In this document: positions 39,946-47,938 of the stretch, one piece after another
Layout of the letters: every line of letters begins with the position of its first letter
How positions within the stretch are numbered: the first letter of the stretch is position 1
DNA from: Clostridia bacterium
GTDB taxonomy: Bacteria > Bacillota > Clostridia > UMGS1840
Direction: 5' to 3'
Length of the DNA stretch: 64,000 nucleotides
NCBI GenBank assembly: GCA_017936745.1
Contig: JAGBEY010000002.1
Span: forward strand, 57,949 to 121,948
Translations under genes and position numbers: made by a program
The notes under the pieces: generated by a model
Databases searched by the model: none
Told to the model about the DNA's origin: nothing
The model's input: the letters and a program-made list of their open reading frames with translations, nothing else

Positions 39946-39949
39946 TTTG

Positions 39950-40228
39950 CTACAAATTCGGGATAAAAAGTCTGGTTCCCACCTGCAGGGAGTCGGAAGA
40001 AACACCGTTTAATTTTTCAATTTCATAAACGGTCTTGCGGATGTCATTATCATTACCGTATTTTGCCGCAATACTCCAAAGTGAATCGTTGGGACGAACA
40101 ATGTACGAAATGTAATCTGCTGCTTCCTTATCTGCAGAAACATTGATCTGACTCAACAACACCACACTCAGCAATACAATCACCGAAACAAAAAGCAAAC
40201 ATCTTTTTCCTTTTTTTGTTAATTTCAT
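39950..40228 (-). CDS. TM + LysM protein, YneA-like SOS cell-division inhibitor candidate
   Basis: 92 aa with an N-terminal TM helix and then a LysM domain (YIVRPNDSLWSIAAKY...LQVGTRLFIP). Divergent from lexA, with LexA boxes in its promoter, as for B. subtilis yneA. Confidence 0.7.
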   Translation of the reverse strand: MKLTKKGKRCLLFVSVIVLLSVVLLSQINVSADKEAADYISYIVRPNDSLWSIAAKYGNDNDIRKTVYEIEKLNGVSSDSLQVGTRLFIPNL

Positions 40229-40247
40229 CTATTTCTCCTCCTAAAAG

Positions 40248-40261
40248 CGAACATTTGTTTC
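40248..40261. promoter_or_regulatory. LexA (Cheo/SOS) box 1
   Basis: CGAACATTTGTTTC compared with the Firmicute consensus CGAACnnnnGTTCG. Lies in the 5' leader of the yneA-like gene. Confidence 0.7.
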
Positions 40262-40273
40262 TTTCTTGATGCC

Positions 40274-40302
40274 ATTGTAACACAAACATTTGTTCTTGTC
40301 AA
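40274..40302 (-). promoter_or_regulatory. sigma-A promoter of the yneA-like gene
   Basis: Minus strand reads TTGACA (40302..40297), 17-nt spacer, TACAAT (40279..40274). LexA box 2 lies in the spacer. Confidence 0.65.
40283..40296. promoter_or_regulatory. LexA box 2
   Basis: CAAACATTTGTTCT, which has a GAAC/GTTC-type half-site on one side only. Confidence 0.55.
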
Positions 40303-40321
40303 TAGTTTTTTTTAAAAAATA

Positions 40322-40335
40322 CAAACAAATGTTTG
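40322..40335. promoter_or_regulatory. LexA box 3 (degenerate), overlapping the lexA -35
   Basis: CAAACAAATGTTTG, a perfect palindrome of AAAC-N4-GTTT type. Confidence 0.5.
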
Positions 40336-40361
40336 ACAAATGGATTTTTATATGTTATACT
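40333..40361 (+). promoter_or_regulatory. sigma-A promoter of lexA
   Basis: TTGACA (40333..40338), 17-nt spacer, TATACT (40356..40361). Confidence 0.65.
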
Positions 40362-40454
40362 GTGAATAACAAAAAGAAAAAATACCGAAAAAACCTGAAA
40401 AAATACGTCGTATTACGGGATTTTTCGACAAAAGCTAAAAAAGGAGTTCCCCTT

Positions 40455-41096
40455 ATGACTGCGGAATTAACAAAAAAACAAAAACTGATTTTAGATTTTA
40501 TCAATGATTTTCAAGGGAAAAACGGGTTCCCCCCTACAGTTCGTGACATTTGTCTGGGAGTCGGGCTACGCTCCACTGCAACCGTTTTCACGCACCTTAA
40601 GAATTTAGAAGAAAAAGGCTTTTTAAATAAAAGCTCTTCCAAAAACCGTGCCATCTCAGTTGTAAAGAATCAGGAGCCTGCACCGCAACCCAAGCTCACA
40701 GCGACAAATTCCAATGCCGTTGAAGTTCCCATTCTGGGCAATGTTGCTGCCGGTGAACCAATCTGGGCGAATGAAAATTTTGACAATACTATGACAATTC
40801 CGGTTGAGCTGACCAATCACAAGCAGGTGTTTATGGTAGTAGTTCAAGGAACAAGTATGATTCAAAAAGGAATTTTGCCCGGTGATTATCTTAGTGTTTC
40901 CCGTCAGAGCACAGCAGAAAACGGAGAAATCGTGGTTGCTTTATTAGGAGATAGCGTTACCGTAAAAACTTTTTACAAAGAAGATGGTTATGTCCGCCTC
41001 CAGCCGGAAAACGACACAATGGAGCCGATTATCATTGCTGACCCTACCGAACTGAAAATTTTAGGGAAAGTAATTGGCTTAATCCGAAAATTTTAA
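40455..41096 (+). CDS. lexA: SOS repressor LexA
   Basis: ORF trimmed to MTAELTKKQKLILDFI behind AAGGAG. Winged HTH, an AG cleavage site in NVAAGEPI, and the S24 Ser/Lys region (GTSM...TVK). Confidence 0.95.
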   Translation: MTAELTKKQKLILDFINDFQGKNGFPPTVRDICLGVGLRSTATVFTHLKNLEEKGFLNKSSSKNRAISVVKNQEPAPQPKLTATNSNAVEVPILGNVAAGEPIWANENFDNTMTIPVELTNHKQVFMVVVQGTSMIQKGILPGDYLSVSRQSTAENGEIVVALLGDSVTVKTFYKEDGYVRLQPENDTMEPIIIADPTELKILGKVIGLIRKF

Positions 41097-41103
41097 ACAA
41101 AAC

Positions 41104-41134
41104 AAAAAAGAGACTGTGAACAGCCTCTTTTTTT
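41104..41134. terminator. bidirectional terminator
   Basis: AAAAAAGAGACTG tgaa CAGCCTCTTTTTT (one mismatch/wobble). Confidence 0.7.
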
Positions 41135-41136
41135 GA

Positions 41137-42405
41137 TTATTCCAGCATTCGTTCCAACAAGCTGTCATAAATAGGCTTGTTACCGATTCTTTTGGTCACG
41201 ATGTAACTTACAATACACACCACACACATCGGCAGAATATGACTAAAGGTTCCCGTCATTTCGCAAAGAAGAATGATGCCGGTCAGCGGAGCATGCACAA
41301 TGGCGGTAAAGTAGCCTGCCATCGCCAGCACCGTGAACTGATACAGCATATCCCCATTCAATCCGAAAGCACCAATAGAAACACTGCCCGTAATTGTTCC
41401 GATATAAGCTCCCAATACCAACAGCGGGAAAAAAATTCCACCCGGTGCTCCGGAGCCGAAGCTGATGACGGAAAACAGGAATTTTATCACAAGAAGTAAA
41501 ATCCCGGTAGAGATGATAAATTGAGGCTCCAACAGCCGTTCAATCATAGAATGACCGCCCCCCAACACCTCCGGAACACATATCCCGAGGATGCCTGCCA
41601 ACAGAAACGGTATCAGCAGTCTGAAAAATGGTTTCTTAATTTTTTTAAACTGCTTTTGCGAAAACAAAAGAGTTTTGTTATATCCCCATCCCAATATGCC
41701 AATCAAAATGCCCATTAAAATCAGCAACCAGTAGTGCTCCAGAGGAATTTGAGCTGTCAGAGGAAAGGAAAAAACAGGCTCCACTCCAAAAAACAGCTTG
41801 GACAAATAATCGGCACTGACAGAGGATACCATCACAGAAAATAACAAAGACGGAGAAACAGTTTTATAAATTTCCTCCACGGCAAACAAAACACCGGCAA
41901 GCGGTGCATTGAATGCAGCAGAAAGCCCTGCAGCTGCACCACACAAAAGTAAAAACCGTCTTTCTTCCCCGTCCCGACGAAAGCGGTCGGATACCAAAAG
42001 TCCTCCCATTCCGCCAAGCTGGATGGACGGACCTTCCCGCCCCAGGGAAAGACCACCTAAAATAGATAAGCTGCCTCCCAGAATTTTAAACACCAGAACC
42101 TTGATGGGATGTTGTTTCAGTTTATCGTGGAATTCCCCCTCAATCTGAGGAATCCCGCTGCCGGAAATCATCGGTTCTTTTTTCAAAAGCACCGATACCA
42201 CCCAGGCAATCCCGACAAGAATCAAAAACCAGAGTGCAAGTCCCTTTATTTCCTGTCCAAAAAAGGAAATAAGCTGCCCCCGTCCGCTTTCACAAATTCC
42301 AAGGAGCCAACGGTAAAAAATTGTAACGCCCCCGGATAAAACACCAATGAAAATTCCCTCCCAAATCAAGCGGTATTCAGGAGGAGCAAGGGTTTTATGT
42401 TTCAT
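41137..42405 (-). CDS. ClC-family chloride channel / H+-Cl- antiporter
   Basis: 422 aa: GSGIPQ, GREGP, and GIFFP (GxFxP) selectivity-filter motifs. Confidence 0.9.
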   Translation of the reverse strand: MKHKTLAPPEYRLIWEGIFIGVLSGGVTIFYRWLLGICESGRGQLISFFGQEIKGLALWFLILVGIAWVVSVLLKKEPMISGSGIPQIEGEFHDKLKQHPIKVLVFKILGGSLSILGGLSLGREGPSIQLGGMGGLLVSDRFRRDGEERRFLLLCGAAAGLSAAFNAPLAGVLFAVEEIYKTVSPSLLFSVMVSSVSADYLSKLFFGVEPVFSFPLTAQIPLEHYWLLILMGILIGILGWGYNKTLLFSQKQFKKIKKPFFRLLIPFLLAGILGICVPEVLGGGHSMIERLLEPQFIISTGILLLVIKFLFSVISFGSGAPGGIFFPLLVLGAYIGTITGSVSIGAFGLNGDMLYQFTVLAMAGYFTAIVHAPLTGIILLCEMTGTFSHILPMCVVCIVSYIVTKRIGNKPIYDSLLERMLE

Positions 42406-42447
42406 ATTCTTTCACCTGATTTCTATCTATCATACCCAAAAACCCAC

Positions 42448-42478
42448 AAAAAAGCTGTATCATACGATACAGCTTTTT
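42448..42478 (-). terminator. rho-independent terminator of the rplU-prp-rpmA operon
   Basis: AGCTGTATC atac GATACAGCT, followed by a T-run on the minus strand. Confidence 0.8.
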
Positions 42479-42496
42479 CTTATTTGACTTTTACAA

Positions 42497-42772
42497 TTAG
42501 ATTGCGTAAACGCTAACCTGTTTCTTATCTCTTTTGGTTTCAAATTTTACTTTACCGTCGATTAAAGCATACAGGGTATCGTCAGAGCCTTTTCCAACAT
42601 TCGCACCGGGATTGATTTTGGTACCTCTCTGTCTAACCAGAATGTTACCAGCTAAAACAAACTGACCGTCTGCTCTTTTCGCACCCAGTCTCTTGGATTC
42701 ACTGTCTCTGCCGTTTTTGGTGCTACCTACACCTTTTTTATGTGCAAATAACTGGAAATTAATTTTGAACAT
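42497..42772 (-). CDS. rpmA: 50S ribosomal protein L27 (with N-terminal propeptide)
   Basis: [24 protein letters not shown]..., the Firmicute pro-L27 form with an FA/HKK cleavage site. Confidence 0.95.
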   Translation of the reverse strand: MFKINFQLFAHKKGVGSTKNGRDSESKRLGAKRADGQFVLAGNILVRQRGTKINPGANVGKGSDDTLYALIDGKVKFETKRDKKQVSVYAI

Positions 42773-42776
42773 AATT

Positions 42777-43109
42777 TTATTCCTCCACTTCTAACATTTT
42801 TACATAATCCGGATATTCCGATGCCATCTGATACAAGGTCAACACCATTGTTTCCAACAAAAAGTTCACCTTTTCCAGCACCAGCTGGTCGGAAATTTCA
42901 GGAATTTCGCATTCAAGATGCCCGTCATCAATGATAATGTTCAACCGGATGCCCAAAATTTCAGACATCCCGAGTACAACAGACTGGGTAGCCGTGGAAA
43001 CGCTGGCACAGATAATATCCTTACCGCTTTCCTCATAGCCGGAATGACCATCCACCGTGAACCGGTTTACATTACCGATGTAATTCCTGTTAATCTCAAT
43101 GTTTATCAT
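42777..43109 (-). CDS. ribosomal-processing cysteine protease Prp
   Basis: 110 aa lying between rplU and rpmA: [18 protein letters not shown] (His/Cys dyad). Confidence 0.9.
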   Translation of the reverse strand: MINIEINRNYIGNVNRFTVDGHSGYEESGKDIICASVSTATQSVVLGMSEILGIRLNIIIDDGHLECEIPEISDQLVLEKVNFLLETMVLTLYQMASEYPDYVKMLEVEE

Positions 43110-43114
43110 AAAAA

Positions 43115-43426
43115 TTAACCGTTGATTTTTTCAATCTGTACTTTGGTATAAGCCTGTCTGTGGCCCTGTTTTTTGTGATAACCTTTTTTCGGTTTGTATT
43201 TGTAAACAATCACTTTCTTGCTTCTGCCTTCTTTGATTGCTTTTGCGGTTACAGTGGCACCGTCAACATAAGGAGCACCAACTTTGATGCCGTCATCAGA
43301 ACCGATTGCCAACACTTCGTTAAAGGTGTAGGTTTCGTTTTCTGCCAGACCTAATTTTTCGATGTAGATTACATCTCCTTCTGCTACTTTGTACTGCTTT
43401 CCGCCGGTTTTCAAAACTGCGTACAT
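43115..43426 (-). CDS. rplU: 50S ribosomal protein L21
   Basis: Trimmed to [14 protein letters not shown] behind GGGAGGTG. Confidence 0.95.
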   Translation of the reverse strand: MYAVLKTGGKQYKVAEGDVIYIEKLGLAENETYTFNEVLAIGSDDGIKVGAPYVDGATVTAKAIKEGRSKKVIVYKYKPKKGYHKKQGHRQAYTKVQIEKING

Positions 43427-43542
43427 AAAAGCACCTCCCAATTAAATTTTTTGCACCCGTTTTCCGGATGGTTATTTAGGACACGCCCGGATGATGGTGA
43501 CCCCAAAAACCTCAGGATACTTATGCCACTCCAGAGCGGTTA
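43427..43542 (-). ncRNA. candidate L21 ribosomal-protein leader (5' UTR of rplU)
   Basis: About 115-nt GC-rich leader between a perfect promoter and rplU. Firmicutes carry an L21 leader at this position. The structure was not verified against a covariance model. Confidence 0.4.
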
Positions 43543-43549
43543 CCACAGT

Positions 43550-43578
43550 ATTATACAACCCTTTTTTCAAAATGTCAA
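43550..43578 (-). promoter_or_regulatory. sigma-A promoter of rplU operon
   Basis: Minus strand reads TTGACA (43578..43573), 17-nt spacer, TATAAT (43555..43550). Confidence 0.7.
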
Positions 43579-43637
43579 GTGTTTTCTTTCATTTTTTTAA
43601 TTTTTGTTCACAGATATCCATTTTTCTGCACGAAGCC

Positions 43638-44678
43638 TTATTCTCCTAAGATATCTTCCACAAAATAAGCATTGGTATCAGCAGGCTTACCGTCCATACC
43701 AAACACAGTGACACGGACATAAATATCGTCAGGGCTTACTTCAAATTCGGCCTCGTTGATATGGTCGCCCTCGGTGGGAAATGCGGTGTAGCTATGGCGG
43801 ACACCGGTGGCACACACAATCCGTTTTGCATCGGAGGTTTTGATGTGAAGCTTATTGCCTTCCATATATAAGCTGTAAATTTCCGGTCCCATGGAAGCAT
43901 AGAAGTTTCCTTTTACCAATGCATCAGTGATGGCACGGTATTCCAACTTTTCCGCTTTAATCATAGTGAAGCCACCAAAGGAATCGCAACGCTGGCTGTC
44001 AAAAGGATAGTGGTTGTGATTGTCGTCTGTTGCAATGCAAAAGATTTTTTTGCCGGCGGAAAGCATTTCATCGTACTGTGCGGAATTATACTCGTCGTAG
44101 CCCTCGGTAACGCAACCGTAGTTGCAGATTTCCATGGCGTTCATTCCTTCGTATTTGCCGTAAATTTCAAACCGCTCCAGCGACCAGGTGGGATGGTTAT
44201 AGGTTACAAAAAAGCCTTTTTCACGGGCGTGCTTCATAATACTGTTGATATTTTCCGAAGTGTATTCTCTGGTCCATAAGGGTTCGGATTCATCATAAGT
44301 TACCTTGTAGCGAGGGTCGTTTAACGCCATAATTCTGTCATAGTTTGCATTGGGAAGAGCAAAACAGGGCTGAACCACGTTGTCGGGGTCCAATGCAATC
44401 AGACAAATGTGACAAACCGGAATCACGTGATAGGGATTTTCTTCGGTCTCATTATCAAAATCGTATTCTGTGCCGGTCAAGGCAACAAAGTTTTCGTCAG
44501 TTAAATCCGGATGTGGAACCATAACCTTATGGTCGGTATAGGCAATAACGGAATAGCCTCGTTTCTGATATTCCGCTTTCATTTCTTCCGGAGACAGTTT
44601 CCCGTCGGACATAGTGGAATGGCAATGCAGGTTTGCCTTGTAAAAAGTGCCGTTTTCCGGCAATAAATATTTTCTCAT
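43638..44678 (-). CDS. PHP-domain metal-dependent phosphoesterase-like protein, paralogue 1
   Basis: ORF trimmed to MRKYLLPENGTFYKANLHCHSTMSDG (HxH of the PHP fold) behind GGGGGAGA. 346 aa. Confidence 0.8.
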   Translation of the reverse strand: MRKYLLPENGTFYKANLHCHSTMSDGKLSPEEMKAEYQKRGYSVIAYTDHKVMVPHPDLTDENFVALTGTEYDFDNETEENPYHVIPVCHICLIALDPDNVVQPCFALPNANYDRIMALNDPRYKVTYDESEPLWTREYTSENINSIMKHAREKGFFVTYNHPTWSLERFEIYGKYEGMNAMEICNYGCVTEGYDEYNSAQYDEMLSAGKKIFCIATDDNHNHYPFDSQRCDSFGGFTMIKAEKLEYRAITDALVKGNFYASMGPEIYSLYMEGNKLHIKTSDAKRIVCATGVRHSYTAFPTEGDHINEAEFEVSPDDIYVRVTVFGMDGKPADTNAYFVEDILGE

Positions 44679-44695
44679 ATCAAAATCTCCCCCGT

Positions 44696-45733
44696 TTATT
44701 TCACATAATCTTCCACAAAGTAGGCATTGGAAGTTGCACGTCTGCCCTCTTTGTCGCACACGGTTACCCGGAAGAAAATATCCTGAGTCCACACATCAAA
44801 AATAACCTCATTCAGCTTGCCGCCCTCCGGACAATATTCGTTATAGCAATGACGAATACCGGACGTAAAATTGATAATTGCAGCATCAGAAGTTTTCACA
44901 TGCAGCTTATTACCCTCCAGATACATACTGTAGATTTCGGGGCCCATAGAAGCATAGAAATGCCCTTTCTTAAGAGCATCGGTGATAGAACGGTAATCTA
45001 AATTTTCCGCTTTAATCATGGTAAAAGCACCAAAGGAATCGTTACGAGGGCTGTCAAACGGGTCAAAATTATGATTATCATCGGCAGAAATTCCAAAGAT
45101 TTTTTCGCCGTTATGCAGCTTTTCTTCATACACCTTGGTATTGTACTCATGAAATCCTTTCACATAGGAGTTGTAGTTACAGATTTCGATGGCGTGCATT
45201 CCCTTATATTTGCTGTAGGTTTCATACCCCTCTTTCGACCATTTAGGATGGTTGTAGGTTACAAAAAATCCTTTTTCACGAGCGGTTTTGATTACATCAT
45301 TTACACCGTCGGCAGTGAACACTCTTTCATAATTGGGTTCATTGGGATCTAAAGTCACCTTGTAACGGGGATCGTTTTGTTCCAGCAGTCTGTCATAAAA
45401 CCAGTTTGGTTGATAAAAGCAAGGCTGAATCACATTTTCAGGGTCCAATGCAATCAAACATAAATGCGTGGTTCTTGATTGCTCCCAGGACTGACCGGGA
45501 ATCTCCTCGGAAAAATAGTATTCCATTCCGTATAATGCCACGAAATCGTCACTTTGAAGCTCCGGATGTGGTACTAAGATATTGTGGTCGGTATATGCCA
45601 CAACGGAATAGCCGCGCTGTTTGTACGCCTCTTTGATTTCGTCAGGCGTCAGATTCCCATCGGAAATGGTGGTATGGCAATGTAAGTTTGCTTTATAAAA
45701 CTGTCCGTTTTCCGGTAATAAATAGGTTCTCAT
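44696..45733 (-). CDS. PHP-domain protein, paralogue 2
   Basis: Trimmed to MRTYLLPENGQFYKANLHCHTTISDG. 345 aa and colinear with paralogues 1 and 3. Confidence 0.8.
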   Translation of the reverse strand: MRTYLLPENGQFYKANLHCHTTISDGNLTPDEIKEAYKQRGYSVVAYTDHNILVPHPELQSDDFVALYGMEYYFSEEIPGQSWEQSRTTHLCLIALDPENVIQPCFYQPNWFYDRLLEQNDPRYKVTLDPNEPNYERVFTADGVNDVIKTAREKGFFVTYNHPKWSKEGYETYSKYKGMHAIEICNYNSYVKGFHEYNTKVYEEKLHNGEKIFGISADDNHNFDPFDSPRNDSFGAFTMIKAENLDYRSITDALKKGHFYASMGPEIYSMYLEGNKLHVKTSDAAIINFTSGIRHCYNEYCPEGGKLNEVIFDVWTQDIFFRVTVCDKEGRRATSNAYFVEDYVK

Positions 45734-45746
45734 AGTGAGGTCTCCT

Positions 45747-46769
45747 TTATAAAATATCTTCCATAAAATATGCGTTGGTATCAGCCGGTTTTCCGCTCTT
45801 GTCAAACACGGTTACCCGCACATAAATATCGTCGGGGCGAAGCTCAAATTCTGCTTCGTTTACCGTGTCCCCTCCCGACGGATACTGGCACATTCCATGC
45901 CGGACACCGGTGGTGAACACGATTCTTGCCGCATCCGAGGTTTTAATATGTAATTTATTGTCTTCCACATATAAGCTGTGAATTTCAGGCCCCATAGAGG
46001 CATAGAAATGACCGTTTTTAAGAGCATTGGTAATGCTGTGGTATTCCAGTTTGTCTGCTTTAATCATGGTAAAGCCGCCAAAGGAATCACAGTGTGAGCT
46101 ATCCATAGGATGACCGTTGTGATTATCATCGGTTGCAATACAGTAGAGCTTTTTGCCCTGACGAAGCAACTCGTCATACACATGAGGATTATAATCGTGA
46201 TAGCCCTCGGTAATACAGCCATAGTTGCAGATTTCCATGGCGTTCATTCCCTCGTATTTGCTGTAAATCTCATATCCCTCCTGAGACCATGCAGGGTGAT
46301 TGTAGGTTACAAAGCAACCCTTTTCACGGGAGGTTTTTATCATATCGTTGATATAATCTGCATTATATTGAAACTCATAGGGCGGAATAGATTCATCACG
46401 TTGCACAACAGATTTATCCTCCAGATGCTCATACAGCCAGGAATTACGGAAGCAGGGTTGCACCGTGTAATCCGGGTCGGTGGCAATCAGGCAGATATGA
46501 CAGGTTTTGAGGGCATGAAAGGGTTCTCCGTTTTTTGCTTCCTCGGTGATATCATATTCCACACCATGTAATGCCAGAAAGTCATCTTCTGTCAGTTCAG
46601 GATGAGGTACTAAAATATTATGATCGGTATAAGCAATGATGGAGTAACCTCTTTTTTTGTATTCTTCCTTCATTTCCGCCGGTGACAGTCTGCCGTCTGA
46701 TACATTGGTATGACAGTGCAGATTTGCTTTGTAAAACTGACCGCCCTCGGGTAATAAATACTTTCTCAT
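45747..46769 (-). CDS. PHP-domain protein, paralogue 3
   Basis: MRKYLLPEGGQFYKANLHCHTNVSDG behind AAGGAGAA. 340 aa. Confidence 0.8.
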   Translation of the reverse strand: MRKYLLPEGGQFYKANLHCHTNVSDGRLSPAEMKEEYKKRGYSIIAYTDHNILVPHPELTEDDFLALHGVEYDITEEAKNGEPFHALKTCHICLIATDPDYTVQPCFRNSWLYEHLEDKSVVQRDESIPPYEFQYNADYINDMIKTSREKGCFVTYNHPAWSQEGYEIYSKYEGMNAMEICNYGCITEGYHDYNPHVYDELLRQGKKLYCIATDDNHNGHPMDSSHCDSFGGFTMIKADKLEYHSITNALKNGHFYASMGPEIHSLYVEDNKLHIKTSDAARIVFTTGVRHGMCQYPSGGDTVNEAEFELRPDDIYVRVTVFDKSGKPADTNAYFMEDIL

Positions 46770-46807
46770 AGTGAGTGTTCTCCTTTATATAAAATTACTT
46801 TTTAAAC

Positions 46808-47911
46808 TCATTTTATGCTATCTCCCAATAGCTTTATGGTTTCTCTGATAGAGATTTTCTGCGGGCAAAGCTCCTCGCAAACACCGCAGCCGAGACATTG
46901 GGTTAAATTACCGCCGTCACGGATAAGCGCCTCTTTCGCCTCACTCCAGGAGGTTTGTGCGGCTAAATGCTTGTTATAAATCGTAAAAATGTCCGGAATC
47001 GGAATTTCTTTCGGGCATTTTTCGGTGCAGTAGCGGCAGCCCGTGCAGGGAATCTGACGAACAGTACGAATCAGAGCACGAAGCTCATTTGCCAGAGAAA
47101 ATTCCTCCTTTGTGAACGGGATAAACGCCTTCATTGCGGAAAGATTTTCCCGAACCATATCCATATTCCCCATTCCCGAAAGCACCATTTCCACCTCGGG
47201 AAAGCTTGCTGCATACCGGATAGCAAAAACTGCCTCACTGTCTTTTGAATTGGCAGAAAGCAGCTCCTTTGCCTGTGCGGGCAGATTCACAAGATTTCCA
47301 CCCTTTACCGGCTCCATCACCAACACTTTTTTTCCGTGTTTTAAACAAACATCGTAACAAGCCTTGCTCTGTATTCCGGGGTCATCATAATCCAGATAAT
47401 TAAACTGGAGCTGCACATATTCAATCTGAGGATGTTTGGAAAGAACTTCATCCAAAAACTCTGCACTGTCGTGAAATGACATAGCAATATGCTTGATTTT
47501 CCCCTCTGCCTTCAGTTCGTCCACAACAGAAAAGGCATCATTCTTTATATGCTTGGCGTAAATCTCTTTGTTGATGCAATGAAAAAGATAAACATCAAAA
47601 TAGTCTACTCCGCATGCCGCCAATTGTTTTTCAAATAACGGTCGAATTTCTTCCTTGGTCTGATAATACCAGACAGAAAGCTTATTTGCCAGCACAAAGC
47701 TTTCCCGCGGATGCCGTTTCACCAGGCACTCCCGAATAGCAATTTCACTTTTTCCGTCTAAATAGCCGTGGGCAGTATCAAAATAGTTAAACCCCTCTGT
47801 CAAAAAGGTGTCTACCATTTCGTTCACTTGTTTATAGTCAACCTATTCTCCGTTCATCGGAAGCCGCATAAACCCAAAGCCGAAATTCTTTTTTACTGTT
47901 TCAAACAACAC
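46808..47911 (-). pseudogene. aldo/keto reductase fused to a 2x[4Fe-4S] ferredoxin domain, interrupted by one in-frame TAG (47845..47843)
   Basis: GTG 47911 behind AGAGGAGG opens VLFETVKKNFGFGFMRLPMNGE-TAG-VDYKQVNEMVDTFLTEGFNYFDTAHGY... in a single frame. The ORF track only lists the part from ATG 47827. The C-terminus has CTGCRYCTEKCP and CLGCGVCEELCP. Confidence 0.7.
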
Positions 47912-47938
47912 AGGGAACGCCTCCTCTTTCATGCATAC

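Noticed and set aside
42406-42447. Possible fluoride (crcB-motif) riboswitch upstream of the ClC gene.
   Set aside because: The spacer between the neighbouring terminator and the start codon is only about 40 nt and has no aptamer-like sequence.
43638-44792. N-terminal extensions in several listed ORFs, including 43638..44792, 44696..45805, 9360..9935, 40290..41096, 48311..51034, 59916..61751, 13816..14808 and 441..1121.
   Set aside because: In each case an internal ATG preceded by a GGAGG-like RBS gives the family-typical N-terminus. The extension overlaps the upstream gene or promoter, so the coordinates were trimmed accordingly.
47843-47845. Reading the in-frame TAG as pyrrolysine.
   Set aside because: There is no pylT/pylS/pylBCD or methylamine methyltransferase context in the window. 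This cannot be excluded without the whole genome, so it is kept only as a check under the amber-codon finding.
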